A stretch of 64,000 nt of DNA from Candidatus Iainarchaeum sp. Its GTDB lineage: Archaea; Iainarchaeota; Iainarchaeia; Iainarchaeales; JAAZKV01. Of the stretch, positions 27,101 to 36,200 are shown piece by piece. Location of the stretch: assembly GCA_026397015.1 (NCBI GenBank), contig JAPLVR010000003.1, forward strand, positions 96,001-160,000. The letters run 5' to 3'. The notes beneath the pieces were generated by a model, which saw nothing but the letters and a program-made list of their open reading frames with translations, did no database searches and was not told where the DNA came from. The translations under genes and the position numbers were made by a program. The stretch's first letter is position 1. Each line of letters opens with the position of its first letter.

Positions 27101-29330
27101 ATTGAGTGCCTCAATCGGCCTTGCGGAAATAAGGGAGTTAACATTTACGAACACAGGAAAAGTTGTGCAGGATAACGAGTTCAAGAAAATAGAGGGACTG
27201 CTTAAAGTGAGCGGAATAGAAAACCTTTACAAAGAAAAATACGGTTACCAAAAATTGATGGAAAAATTGGAAGAGAGAAACGAAGCGGACGAGGACAATG
27301 AAGAAAGGGGCTGGCTTGACTCGGTATTCGGAAGCAAGTGGGATGCGGACATTTCTGACATGACAAAAGAGGACCTTGAAGTTACCGAGAACAGAAATTA
27401 TGAGAAACAGTTCCACCTTTTGTTTGATTCTTGGGAATACGTTGAATGCGGACCGAACACATACCCCTGCCCTGCACCTGTAATATCAAACTGCACAGTT
27501 GGAAGCAAAGCAGGCTCAACCGGCGATGGAGCTATCCCAAAAATAAAGCTTGAATGGGGCTGGGACAAGATAGGGGCGACTGAGTGTGACGGAACTTCGG
27601 AAGAGGATACGGATGCTTCAGGATACGTTTACTGCGACACGACACAATTCACAATCGCAACCCTGAAGAAACTGAAGGAGATAAAGGATTTCATCAGCAC
27701 AAGTAATATTACAAAATGCCCGAAGGCGATTGATGTTGCGGGAACAAAAACGCAGGAATTGAGCAGAACGGGGCTTGATGTTGGAATAACAATGATAAGG
27801 ATGAGCGAGGACGCGGACAAGGCGACGATAGAAGTAAAGGTTTCATCCAACAACCAGCAGACAATGAACGGAAAAGTAAAGATAATTGTCGGCGGAGATG
27901 CGAATGCGGACGCGAGCTGCGAAGAAACGAAAGAAATTTTGAGTGAAGCGTATTTCAAGTGCGACGTGAGCAAGGCGACACTCGGAACGGGAACTTTCCC
28001 TGTTAAGGCGACATTGATGCCTGCGCTTTGCAGCGGCTGCGAAAATAATGACACCTCAAATGACACTATTACGAGCCAGTTGATATTGGGTTCAACAGGT
28101 TTGGGAGAATGCCAGAGTTATGACACAAAGAAAGACAATTTTTCAAGAATACTGGCTGCAAATGGTTTGCTGGAAGGAGAAGGAGAGACAATACTTAATT
28201 ATGTTAATTTTACCGCAAGCATTGTGAAGGACGGTTTCAGCGACGATTTCAAGAAAGACTTCGATGAGACAAAGTTTTTGAACGCGCCGACATGGTTTGC
28301 CGATGACGGCCTTGAATCATTATTCCTGAGCAGTAAATTCAAAGTTAGCCCGCAAAGCTGGACAGCGGGAAAATACACCGCAACAATAGTTGTTACTTTC
28401 AACGAGAACAAATTTGAGTGGAAGAATGACAACAACAACATTAAGAGCGTCGAGATAAGGCTTGAGCCTTGGTCTGAACCGAAACCGGCTTCGGCATTGT
28501 ACGATTTCGCGTTTGACGGAACAATCGGATTGGACAGCGACAACGGAAGGCAGGGATACGGAAGCTCATACGAACAGACAAGCGAGCAGTCATTCATAAT
28601 CGGCGAAGAGGGGGGAAGCGCAATTTATGCGGAAACAAATCCGAGCAGCAACGCAATTTCAAACGTAACGGTTTCGGTGGACAATTCACCAAATGTATTT
28701 TACAATTTGAATGTTGGAAACAGGGGAAATGTGCTCACAATTTCAGGAGCCGGAGATAACATAGGTTTGGCAATGACGCCGAGCGTTCCCGTTCCGCTGA
28801 TACTAAATATCACCAGGGAAAACGGAAGCGATGCTTATGGTTTCTATAGTGTTCAGGTTGACGGACAGCCGCAGAACACGGGGCCTTACATGATGTACTG
28901 GAACGGAATAGGCGGGGGATGCGTTGACTTCACAGGAATGCCTATGAGCGAGTGGCAATCAACAGATTCGCCTGCGGACCAATCACCCGTAGGGGACAAG
29001 GGAATGGCGAATGCTTACGGCTTGGGCTGGGCAAATGTAACGGAAAAGGGAACTGCTTCCTTCTACGGAGTAATGTACGTTCCTCAGGGAAGAACTTCAA
29101 TAATAAGCGTTCAGGGCGGGGACAGCGCAAATATGGAAAGCCCCTACGGCAATGGAAACCAGATAAGCGTCACCGCCAGCGCGGGAATAAAAAGCCTGAA
29201 AGATGTGCTTGACATGGTGAAGCAGGAAAAAATCTGCGTGATAGGAACTGGGGATTACTTCTGGAACAACAAGCCTTTCCTTGACCCGATGGGAATTGAG
29301 GGCAAGGCGAGCGGCTGCATTTCTTCCTAA
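21159..29330 (+). CDS. Giant membrane-anchored surface protein, paralog 3 (~2720 aa)
   Basis: EEKWYGFLD..IDDVVPSF plus TM; same repeats and motifs (GLFVRVG, GSSYNPPKG..KWAQVTW, PKIKLEWGW..YCDTTQF, KICV..YFWN). Confidence 0.9.
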   Translation: MEIGEKLRDFYYAGEEKWYGFLDRLDEHIPIYKVIDPIDDVVPSFALFVVLAIILLLLLGLFLVGTVFTQNIATLKLMVSDEAGNAVEGATIILSGPVSLENTSNAYGLLPDVALPLNSTVKIVVSKEGVTTVKEIYISEMLMQEEIILPVKSISFEPKAIKLLTPTGSLATDQITLTFSCSNPEATPPEEVTTSTGIVNVNSPSDCGTLQATIKSDKYEAGPYSITSTILYLKELVVKGARVTVNLKYNGKLIAESVPVEAYRANNIYSPIDTERSYNGQAIFDLPEGGYYFQSKTTSIYKSGRSDTIQASADKVNSVEIELDKNIVGTIKVNVKKDGLVASGVYVSIRKGMSEVNNDETDSNGSVAFDVAEEGPYRVMASLDGYCTATATDVAVGATVDLVLVGSTGTCGSILIARVTDSEGRKVPYAKVVLFGENDAGVYKLGYAERVTDFNGEARWGTIPDSTENIRVFAYKSSYNGWSEARVFNSGNADIPFEVTLEIPYGTVNVSVKDRDGNPLQYATVTLYDDYSQGNVIGTRIVEDVTGVVSLKVKADKKVYAVVSKDSEEANDLGYETVTTVPKQVTGNGTITFDVVLPRPPQDKIKVDFLGLYKGDLKALKVEAAQEYDAIFAVTAPLDYDNLGLFVRVGKDNVTKTELDKLYIKDVEAPRIHTITKGSSYNPPKGGETDSQYLNLEESKWAQVTWAEGSYNPGKIMVKVKIKIRDGAQMGDDLVIAYRAFGVLSGSYNRDPLDDALGTAESSSAKSPLYAECSEELLKVGEESLCEVTDSGRTFCVTSNYIDAKENFIHYFDTSFDAKNNETYYLGVKVLNGSSRPQDIYEKAKTKFQNTEENVYMENYTLLTPTSINSNGSINGFEGEWIDTSNFEQGTSINLNSMTLKPQKSGTGTILMRIRDGNELIFEKPFVLNIAATEKLRIEFMVNGEFQAEMPKLLPGKDENITVKVFNAGTNLEVSGAIVKIFDRFGTKLSEKTTNTIGIATVILPAGMPGEKMKLVVEKGGYETLEFPFNISDEVVDVTPADLTFTLNPQTTPEESKTVKIENKTGIDLEIREIILTGKFKGLLDEARIASWFETMKGKIIKAQDYEEIDFKVIIAKVIPQADDLEGTFQIVVGSEEREWVKEVKAKIRVGVGNDVDDPNCLSLTATNWVASTEGKEIEFSFNIKNDCLVSGKLVPIRNLGARLETTGNNLGEFTVQSRATAVSLSKAYSRIFRPTVSEGETIPVTVKFAPYAGINGTTSGTITFEALNKTDSKDQKLVAALNFTINVVNLQECIVIGADLITVPVGGQQGFSIANNCPDKVDIQVQTDLQVSQDKFSIATGGSEEVVVSRTEGDVPGAYNILVYGRQKGMPLRLIGNVKAILEAEGCFQLSRYEYDVYDSPFNDKKGTADGIDRGFLKNVCTQKSVSVEISGTEPVNWKKILLDALIGGISGYTKGGIWGDNNNWPHKDNPDVSKNINDDFKELAGMRSTAATNLTQPIKQNFAEITTAKDNMITQLKSEETACNTRADASAKEYCISNCPAETAASALTDCQKEVGTQLQSFCEKTYDGAMKDIKKYYDPLAKVQSEGDKDFQKTVKAEATADATLKKDLQAKATKGVSNEEVEKAIKDRRDKIEKELNDKAKEITDEYNKQRQETVNGLKEVQQKLINLRDTGQEVSVNAPAGCKGSVTLYLAAENTAPKIAPSVKTSITIKMLTNIGIQGKNKIDNTVIPDNPVIFTKQTLSPNMKLNTSASDAKSATSTSKAYSSTSTSNAKSATTETKAYGGNPKGAEFILATSTGTINPVTTLANAASTVNSVTSATTSQPYNSFGGVGNPGFANNYYGSGTNQDVGSTSMCGGSSADRTSSFMDKAGGVITDWGIGLMGGNAIFGALLAGLFSWFQQSDQDVCYTKTFAVPLVEITDVALSAPDGKSGVKGISMSVGDPTFDYDSSVQPNTLGTGSQGGTSMGGAGYFYNPQTLSASIGLAEIRELTFTNTGKVVQDNEFKKIEGLLKVSGIENLYKEKYGYQKLMEKLEERNEADEDNEERGWLDSVFGSKWDADISDMTKEDLEVTENRNYEKQFHLLFDSWEYVECGPNTYPCPAPVISNCTVGSKAGSTGDGAIPKIKLEWGWDKIGATECDGTSEEDTDASGYVYCDTTQFTIATLKKLKEIKDFISTSNITKCPKAIDVAGTKTQELSRTGLDVGITMIRMSEDADKATIEVKVSSNNQQTMNGKVKIIVGGDANADASCEETKEILSEAYFKCDVSKATLGTGTFPVKATLMPALCSGCENNDTSNDTITSQLILGSTGLGECQSYDTKKDNFSRILAANGLLEGEGETILNYVNFTASIVKDGFSDDFKKDFDETKFLNAPTWFADDGLESLFLSSKFKVSPQSWTAGKYTATIVVTFNENKFEWKNDNNNIKSVEIRLEPWSEPKPASALYDFAFDGTIGLDSDNGRQGYGSSYEQTSEQSFIIGEEGGSAIYAETNPSSNAISNVTVSVDNSPNVFYNLNVGNRGNVLTISGAGDNIGLAMTPSVPVPLILNITRENGSDAYGFYSVQVDGQPQNTGPYMMYWNGIGGGCVDFTGMPMSEWQSTDSPADQSPVGDKGMANAYGLGWANVTEKGTASFYGVMYVPQGRTSIISVQGGDSANMESPYGNGNQISVTASAGIKSLKDVLDMVKQEKICVIGTGDYFWNNKPFLDPMGIEGKASGCISS
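26415..26522 (+). repeat. Intragenic 54-bp tandem duplication (2 copies) in paralog 3
   Basis: actagcgcatccgacgccaaaagcgccactagcacatccaaagcctacagcagc followed by actagcacatccaacgccaaaagcgccactaccgaaaccaaagcctatggcggc. Confidence 0.85.
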
Positions 29331-29407
29331 CAAATATTGAAGGAAAGGCGAGCAAGTGCATTTCATCTTAACGAAATTTGGGGATTAAGGACAAAAAACT
29401 ATTTCTT

Positions 29408-29500
29408 GTGAATTACCGCACCCTAAAGGGTGCGGCTTCTGCTGGTTTAATCACAGAAGCCAGCAGGCTTCATCCGACGCCTGAAGGCGGCGGTTTTCGC
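29408..29500. mobile_element. Non-autonomous IS200/IS605-family miniature element (PATE-like)
   Basis: Left hairpin gtgaatta-CCGCACCC-taaa-GGGTGCGG-cttc and right hairpin ttcat-CCGaCGCC-tgaa-GGCGgCGG-ttttc resemble IS200/IS605 subterminal hairpins; no transposase between them. Confidence 0.65.
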
Positions 29501-29552
29501 CAGCCTTTTACCAAAAGGCTGATAAATTATTTTGGTGTCACGGGCAAAAAAA

Positions 29553-29834
29553 TTATTTCTTGTAAATTTTGTCGTGATGGTCAAAATCGAGGAAAAGAAT
29601 AAACTTGTTCTGCTTGTTATAGCTGAAGGTCAAAACAAAGCTTTTGTCAATGTGCACCCTCTTTCTGTCGCTCAAATCATGCCTCAAATTCTTATAATGC
29701 TGTACCGTGAAGTCATCCGAATTAATTATCTGATTGATTTTTTTGTAAAGTATTTCAAGCCTCTTTTCATCCCTTCCCTTCAATTTTTTTATTTTTTCCT
29801 TTAGTTCGTCGGAGAATGCGAAAGAAAAGGGCAT
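29553..29834 (-). CDS. Type II toxin, RelE/ParE superfamily
   Basis: HYKNLRHDLSDRKRVHIDKSFVLTF and C-terminal FLDFDHHDKIY; lies directly downstream of the antitoxin. Confidence 0.75.
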   Translation of the reverse strand: MPFSFAFSDELKEKIKKLKGRDEKRLEILYKKINQIINSDDFTVQHYKNLRHDLSDRKRVHIDKSFVLTFSYNKQNKFILFLDFDHHDKIYKK

Positions 29835-29838
29835 TTTT

Positions 29839-30090
29839 TCACTTTCCAAAAAGCTTTTCCATTTCCGGACGGCTCATTTTTTTATAGCCGTGCTTTTCAA
29901 TATGCTTCTTTTCAATGTCCAAAATTTTTTTCACATAGGAATCATCGACTTCCTGCTCCAACTCGTTGCACCCGTACAATTCGATAAATTTGTTCAAAGC
30001 CCTGCTCTTGTCGTTTAACTCGTATTTTGCCTTGACAACGTTCAGTACCTTATTGGAATAAGGCTCTAAAACAACTCTCGCCACAGGCAT
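29839..30090 (-). CDS. Putative antitoxin (DUF2683-like)
   Basis: MPVARVVLEPYSNKVLNVVKAKYELNDKSRALNKFIELY, an RHH-like small protein coupled to the RelE-like gene. Confidence 0.65.
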   Translation of the reverse strand: MPVARVVLEPYSNKVLNVVKAKYELNDKSRALNKFIELYGCNELEQEVDDSYVKKILDIEKKHIEKHGYKKMSRPEMEKLFGK

Positions 30091-30277
30091 ATTACCACCA
30101 AATGCACGCCAGATACACCTTGTGTGCATAAAGTTAAAAATGTTATGATGGCTGCTTCAAATTCGCCGGAAGCGCATGCCGCAAAGCGCCCGCAAAAAAG
30201 AAGATTTAAATACTTCGAGACCCATTCTTCTAATAGTGCTTTAATATATCGCATCAAATAAGTTAAAGGTCTGGAAC

Positions 30278-33200
30278 ATGGGTATAACTGATTGGCTGCG
30301 CGAGGCTTATTATTCGACGGAAGACAGGTGGTACAACCTCGTTGATGCATTGCATATAAACGGAATAGTGGATGCCATTGACGGCGTTATTCCAAGCCTT
30401 ATCCTTATTCTCACGCTGCTGGCAATACTTATCCTGCTGGGCGCGTACATCCTGCTCCCGTCGATGGTTCCGCAATACACGGACATGAAATTTGTGGTAA
30501 AGGGAAGCGACGAGCTTATTGTTCAGGGAGTAAAAGTAAATTTAACTGCCGATAAGAAAAATTTAGTAGAAACCACAGACGCAAGCGGGGCGGTGATTTT
30601 CAAAAACATTGCTGTCGGCTCTCCAGTTTTAATCGACATAAACTCGGGCAAAGGAACTTTCAGGCAGGAATATACAGCTGAAAATAATTTTTTCAAAATA
30701 ATAATTCTTGAGAAGCCATTCATAGAACTTAAACCGATTAAAAGAAGGGTCACATTAAAAACCGCGCAGGGCTTGAGAATCGAGGAAGAAATCCCAGTTA
30801 TTTTCTACTGCCAAAATTCGGCTGCGCTGCCAAAGCCGACAAAAGTCGTTGATGATAATGACGGTTTGGTCGAAGTCGAAGAGCCGCTGAACTGCGGAAA
30901 ACTTTACATGAGAGTTATGAGCGAGTATTACGAACAGAAAGAATATTTGATTGACTCGCTTTTGAAGGAAGTTACGCTGAACGCGTATTCCGTTCCGTCA
31001 AAAAATCTTACTGTTCAGGTAAAAGCCGGAGGAAAACCTGTGAGCGGCACAACATTCACAATTACAGTTACGGGAAAAAGTGATTACCCTGCCGTGAAAA
31101 CAACAAATTCACAGGCGACGATAGCGGTAATTCCCGGAAGCTACACTGTCTCAGTTTCAGACCCTACGGGAAATTACGGGATTGTAACTCAAATATTTTC
31201 TGTTCTGGCAGACACAACAGTTTCGGTAGATGTTTCAAAAACGGTGAAAGCAAAATTGACAGTGAATGTATTGGACAACGGAACATCGGGATATATTTAC
31301 GGGGCAAACGTTTCGATAAAAAATTCGGCAGGGCAGGAGATTAATAGGAATGAAGATGTGAATGGAACTGTTTTGTTTGCGCTCACGGAAAAAGGGAATT
31401 ATACTGTGACGGCAAAGAAAGTGGGCGATATTGGGGCAGGGTATAGCGCAAAGTCCGTTGATTTAAACATTGAGGGAGACGCGAATATTGAAATTAGGCT
31501 GGATTTGATAACTGTTGCGAGCGCGGGCAGGGTAAGGGTAAGGGTGATAGATCAGGACAACCAGCCCGTCCAGGATGCCCAAATAAGGCTAAAATATGGC
31601 TCAAATGACAGCGTTGTCGAGTTAAATGAGCCAAAAAACTATGCTGTCAGCGATTTAAACGGTTACGCGTCCTTTTTGGCTGGAAAAGTAGAGGGAAAAG
31701 TTACCTCTTACGCCATAAAATATCCCTTTAGCGGCTCTTCCACGCCGCCAAAGGAAATACTGCTGGACCAGCTGAACGAGTTCACGGTAAAACTAAGCAT
31801 TGGGCCGACAACTGCAATAGTAAATGTAAAGGACATTTCGGGAAACCTTGTCAGCGGGGAAATTGAATTCTTCAACACAAGGGGAAATAGTGTCGGCGGA
31901 ATAGTTTCGCTTGAAAACGGGGTTGCGCAAAAACAAATAAAATCGGGGCAAAGCGTTTATGTTGTTGTAAGGGGGGAAGATGAAGCGGGAGAGGCATACG
32001 CATCCTATACTTCCGCGCCGGTAATGCTCTGGCCGGACAGGCAGGCTGTTTTCAATATTACCGTAACAAAAAATATTCTTGGGCCTTCAATCGAAATGGG
32101 CGGAGTCTACAATTCTGAGGGCGCGCAGGTTCAAACTCTCGAGGCGGGAAAAAAATATTATGCGAGGATGATTTTGAAGGCGGACAACGAATACTCAAAC
32201 GTGCTGATGCATTTCAGGGCGGGCGAAGAAAACCATTTGGACAACGATTTCATCGAAATTGAAAAGGTAGAAGGAGCGGATGTTTATTCCGTTGCCCGCG
32301 GCGCAACATACGACCCCGAACAGGGCTATTCATATGATTCGCAAAATCTTGTTGACGGGCCCGCGAAATGGATTAATGCTGAGTGGAGGAACAAAAACTT
32401 CGGGGAAGGCGTGCGCGAAGTAAATGTTTGGTTCAGGGTAAAAGATGAAACGCCGCCGAACCAGAAACTAAAATTATTTTGGAGGGCATTGTTCGACAGC
32501 AAGAGGCTGCCTGAAAGCAATATTCCGGAAGAATTTTATTCGGACACATACAGCGCCACATACTACGAAGGATTTTCGGAAACATGCGACACGGAATTTT
32601 GCTTTACGTCGGAATGGCTTTACTCCCAGAAAGACGAATTATACATGAACCAGCCTTACGCGTTGAGGCAGGTTTTGAAGTACGATTACCACTTCCAAAT
32701 CATAAATAACTCACAGTACGATTACATGAAAGGAAAAAAGCCGATTTACATGTACGTTGAAATTGTGGGCGATGAACAGGGCGAGAGAAGGATAAGGATT
32801 GAGGATTACAAAATAAAGGACGCGCTCGGAATAGTCGACAGCAATGTTGAAGTGTTTGAAATAAGAAGGGTCGAGTTAAACTCATTCGACAAAAAAACTT
32901 CTATTGATACGACAATGACGCTGATGGGATTAAGCGAGGGCGCGGAAACAATAAGGGTAAGGCTTCAATCCGAAGGGGTGGAAATTTTTTCAAAAGACAT
33001 TTCATTCACGATTCCGACTGAAAAGGAAATGAAGGTAACGGTAAAGCCTGATTTTATTCCGGCGCTGAGCAACACGCCGATTGAAGTTGAAGTGAAGGAC
33101 AACAAAAACGCGCCGCTGAGGGATGCGAGCGTAAAGCTGAAAATAAAGGAGCCCGGATTCGAGGAAATAATATTTGACGAGGCGAAAACAGACAGATATG

Positions 33201-36200
33201 GAAAAGCAATCGTAAATTCCGGCATGCATTATCCAAACACAACTCTTGTAATTGAAGTGCAAAAGGAAGGGTTCGCGATAAGCACAACAGAGCTCATTGT
33301 TTCCGACAAGGTCGTTGAATTCGAGCCGGCGGAAGCGAGCATTGAATTAAACACCGTAACGAAAAGGGAGGAAACGAAAAGCGTAAAAATAAAAAATCTC
33401 ACGATGAACGACTTCTCGATAAAGGGAATAACATTGGATGCAAAATTCGCCGGGCTGATAAATGAAAATGCATTAAACGCGTGGCTCGAAGAGCTCTCGG
33501 GAGAAATAATTGCAGGGGATGATACGACAGAATTGGATTTGTTAAAAATAAGGCTGGCAAACGACATTACGCCGGAAAATTTCATTGAGCCTGCTTCGAT
33601 TGACGGAACTATTTTGGTTTCATTCGAAGTAAAGGAAACAGGCGCGGCGTACGATGTGGAATTGCCTCTGAAACTCGGCATCAGTTCGGATGCAACGGTT
33701 GAGGACGGATGCATACTCGTCGATAATGCGACACAGTCAAAGGTTACACAGCAGGGGCGCGTAAGCTTTTCATTTGTTTTAACGAACGCCTGCAAATCTG
33801 AAGATGTTGCAATAGGATTGGAAAGTTTGAAGGCGAGCGCCGGTGGCGAAATCAAGGGGCTCACGGAACTTTCACTACAAAGCCTTGGCGGCGGAACAAC
33901 GGGGAGAACGGCGCTCGACCAGACACAGAGAATTACTTTCGGCAGGGTTTCGCCCGGAGAAAAAATTGCAGGAACTGTTACTTATGTTCCGTCGATGGAT
34001 GCGGCAGGGAGTTCAGTAACAATAATAGTTGCAATCGAGGGCGCCTATGCGGGAAAAAAACTGAAAACAAATCCGGCGGCTTTGAATTTTACCGTAGATG
34101 TAATTAATTTGAAGGAGTGCATGAGCATAAGCAGCAACCCCGGGCCGGTTGAATTTGACGCCTCAACAACGGTAACTGTCGACGCTTCCGGATGCCCGAA
34201 ACAACAGATTGATGTTATTTTATGCAAAGGGGATTCAGGATGCTCCGGCGGCGCGGAAGGCTCGATAAATTTGAGCAAGAAAAGTTTTACACTGAAAGAA
34301 AATTCTGAAACCATTACCGTTTCTTCTCCTTCGATTGCCGGCGCTTACGGCGTAACTGTTCATGCAAGGGCGAAAGGAAGCGGCTCCTACATTTATATCG
34401 GGGAAGTTCCTGTTTCATTTAACCCGTCGGAAGGAAAATATTTCAAGCTTAACAAATACGAATTAAATTTGTATGGGAAGGGTTCAAAGGACGCAGTAAT
34501 TCTTACAAACAAATTGCTTTTGGAAAGCGTTGACGTAAAGGCGGACGAATGCGCATGGGGCAAACAGGACGCCGGATTCGATTGGGCGAGCGGGCTGGTC
34601 GGCGCGGGCATCGGTGCAGGGCTGGCATATATGGTTACAGGCGCACTCCCAATGTCAACGATTTATGGTGGGGGATGGATTTCCGGAGGATTAATAATAG
34701 GCGCAGGAATAGCGGGATTGCTGATTGGCGGCAACATGGGTTATGAATGCGCGGACCATTACCAGGTAAATCCGATGAATGATTTCATAATATTTTTACA
34801 GGGAGATACGATAAATATCAACGGAGAAGAAAAGCAAATTCCCGGAGATGCGGGGGCGCTGGGTTTCAGCGTTCCGAAAATAGGGGCGGGCTGGAACTTT
34901 GAAGATGCGGAATATTCAGCCGAAGAAACTGTCGGAATAACTTTTTCAAATTCGGGGCTCAATGACCCGAAACCGAAATACGGATTGCTTACAATCAACG
35001 CGACCGAGCACGTGCACGGGGATCCGTTGCACACAAAAAGATTGGGCGGAGCAATCGGGGGAGCGGCTTCTACCCCGGTCGGAACAGGAACGCCCACTGG
35101 CACAGGCACTGCTACCGGGACAGGTGGAGCATCAACAAGCCCTGCAAATAATTTGACAACGAAAGCAAAGAAGGCATCATTCATACTTGGGATGGGCGAA
35201 GGCACGGACAATGGAGAAACTTTGCAAGGAGATGTAGATTGTAAAAGTGACACTTTCGGAAAATATTGGATTGGCGCGGGAGAAGACCAGGGAGCATGCG
35301 AAGGGGCAGCGGACAACGATTATTCCCAGCAATTCAGAATGAGGGTTTTGAGCGGCGAGGCTGTTGACCAGGACGCATATTTGAAGAAGGCGACAAGCTG
35401 CTACAACGGAGCAGTTGCCGGCTCAACCGGAAAGGATGCCGTTCCAAGGATAAAATTGAATTGGGAATGGACTAACATAAAGAGCGATTCTTGTGATTAC
35501 GGCAACAATGATTACATTTACTGCGATGCTTCACAGTTCAGCATTGAGGTTTCGAAAAAACTTGCGATACTTGCGGATTTCTTCAACAAAAATCCGAGTT
35601 TCCAGTGTCCCCCGGATCCTGCGGAGAAGGAAATAAAGGAACAAACCGAAATCATAAACGGAAAGCCGGCGAGCGTTGCTGGAGGAAGCATTGGAGTAAA
35701 AGAAATTTCTGCCTTGGTGGACCCTAGCACTGACAATACAAAAATAACTGTAAGCGTGGAAAACAAAACATCCACTTCCGCCTCTGCAACAATAAATATG
35801 ATAGTGCGCGGAAAAACAAATTCCCCTCCGGTTACGCACCAGCAAACATTCGCAGTAGGAGTAACAACTGTTGAATTTACGGCAATAACACAGAAATACA
35901 ACGGGCCTTACTTCGTTTCTGCGGCTGTAAGCGGCGCCCTCTCCAACAATCAAAGCGTTACAAGAATTTTCACAAACAGAGATACGCCAAGCGGCTGCTG
36001 GCTTGACCCGAGCACAAAAATGGTCGGAGGAAAACCCGCGATATTTTACTACATTGACACTAATAATATCGGAAGCGTTGTTTGGACCGAAAAAATAACT
36101 AATTTAGAGGCGCTGCACAATGCGCTGCTGTTCAAGGCATACCTGATAAAGGACGGTTATGGGGAAACTTTTAGAAAAGACTTCAGGGATTATTATTTGA

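Noticed and set aside
29378-29804. Plus-strand ORFs 29378-29602 and 29532-29804
   Set aside because: They overlap the hairpin element and the antisense of the RelE-like toxin; no coding features.
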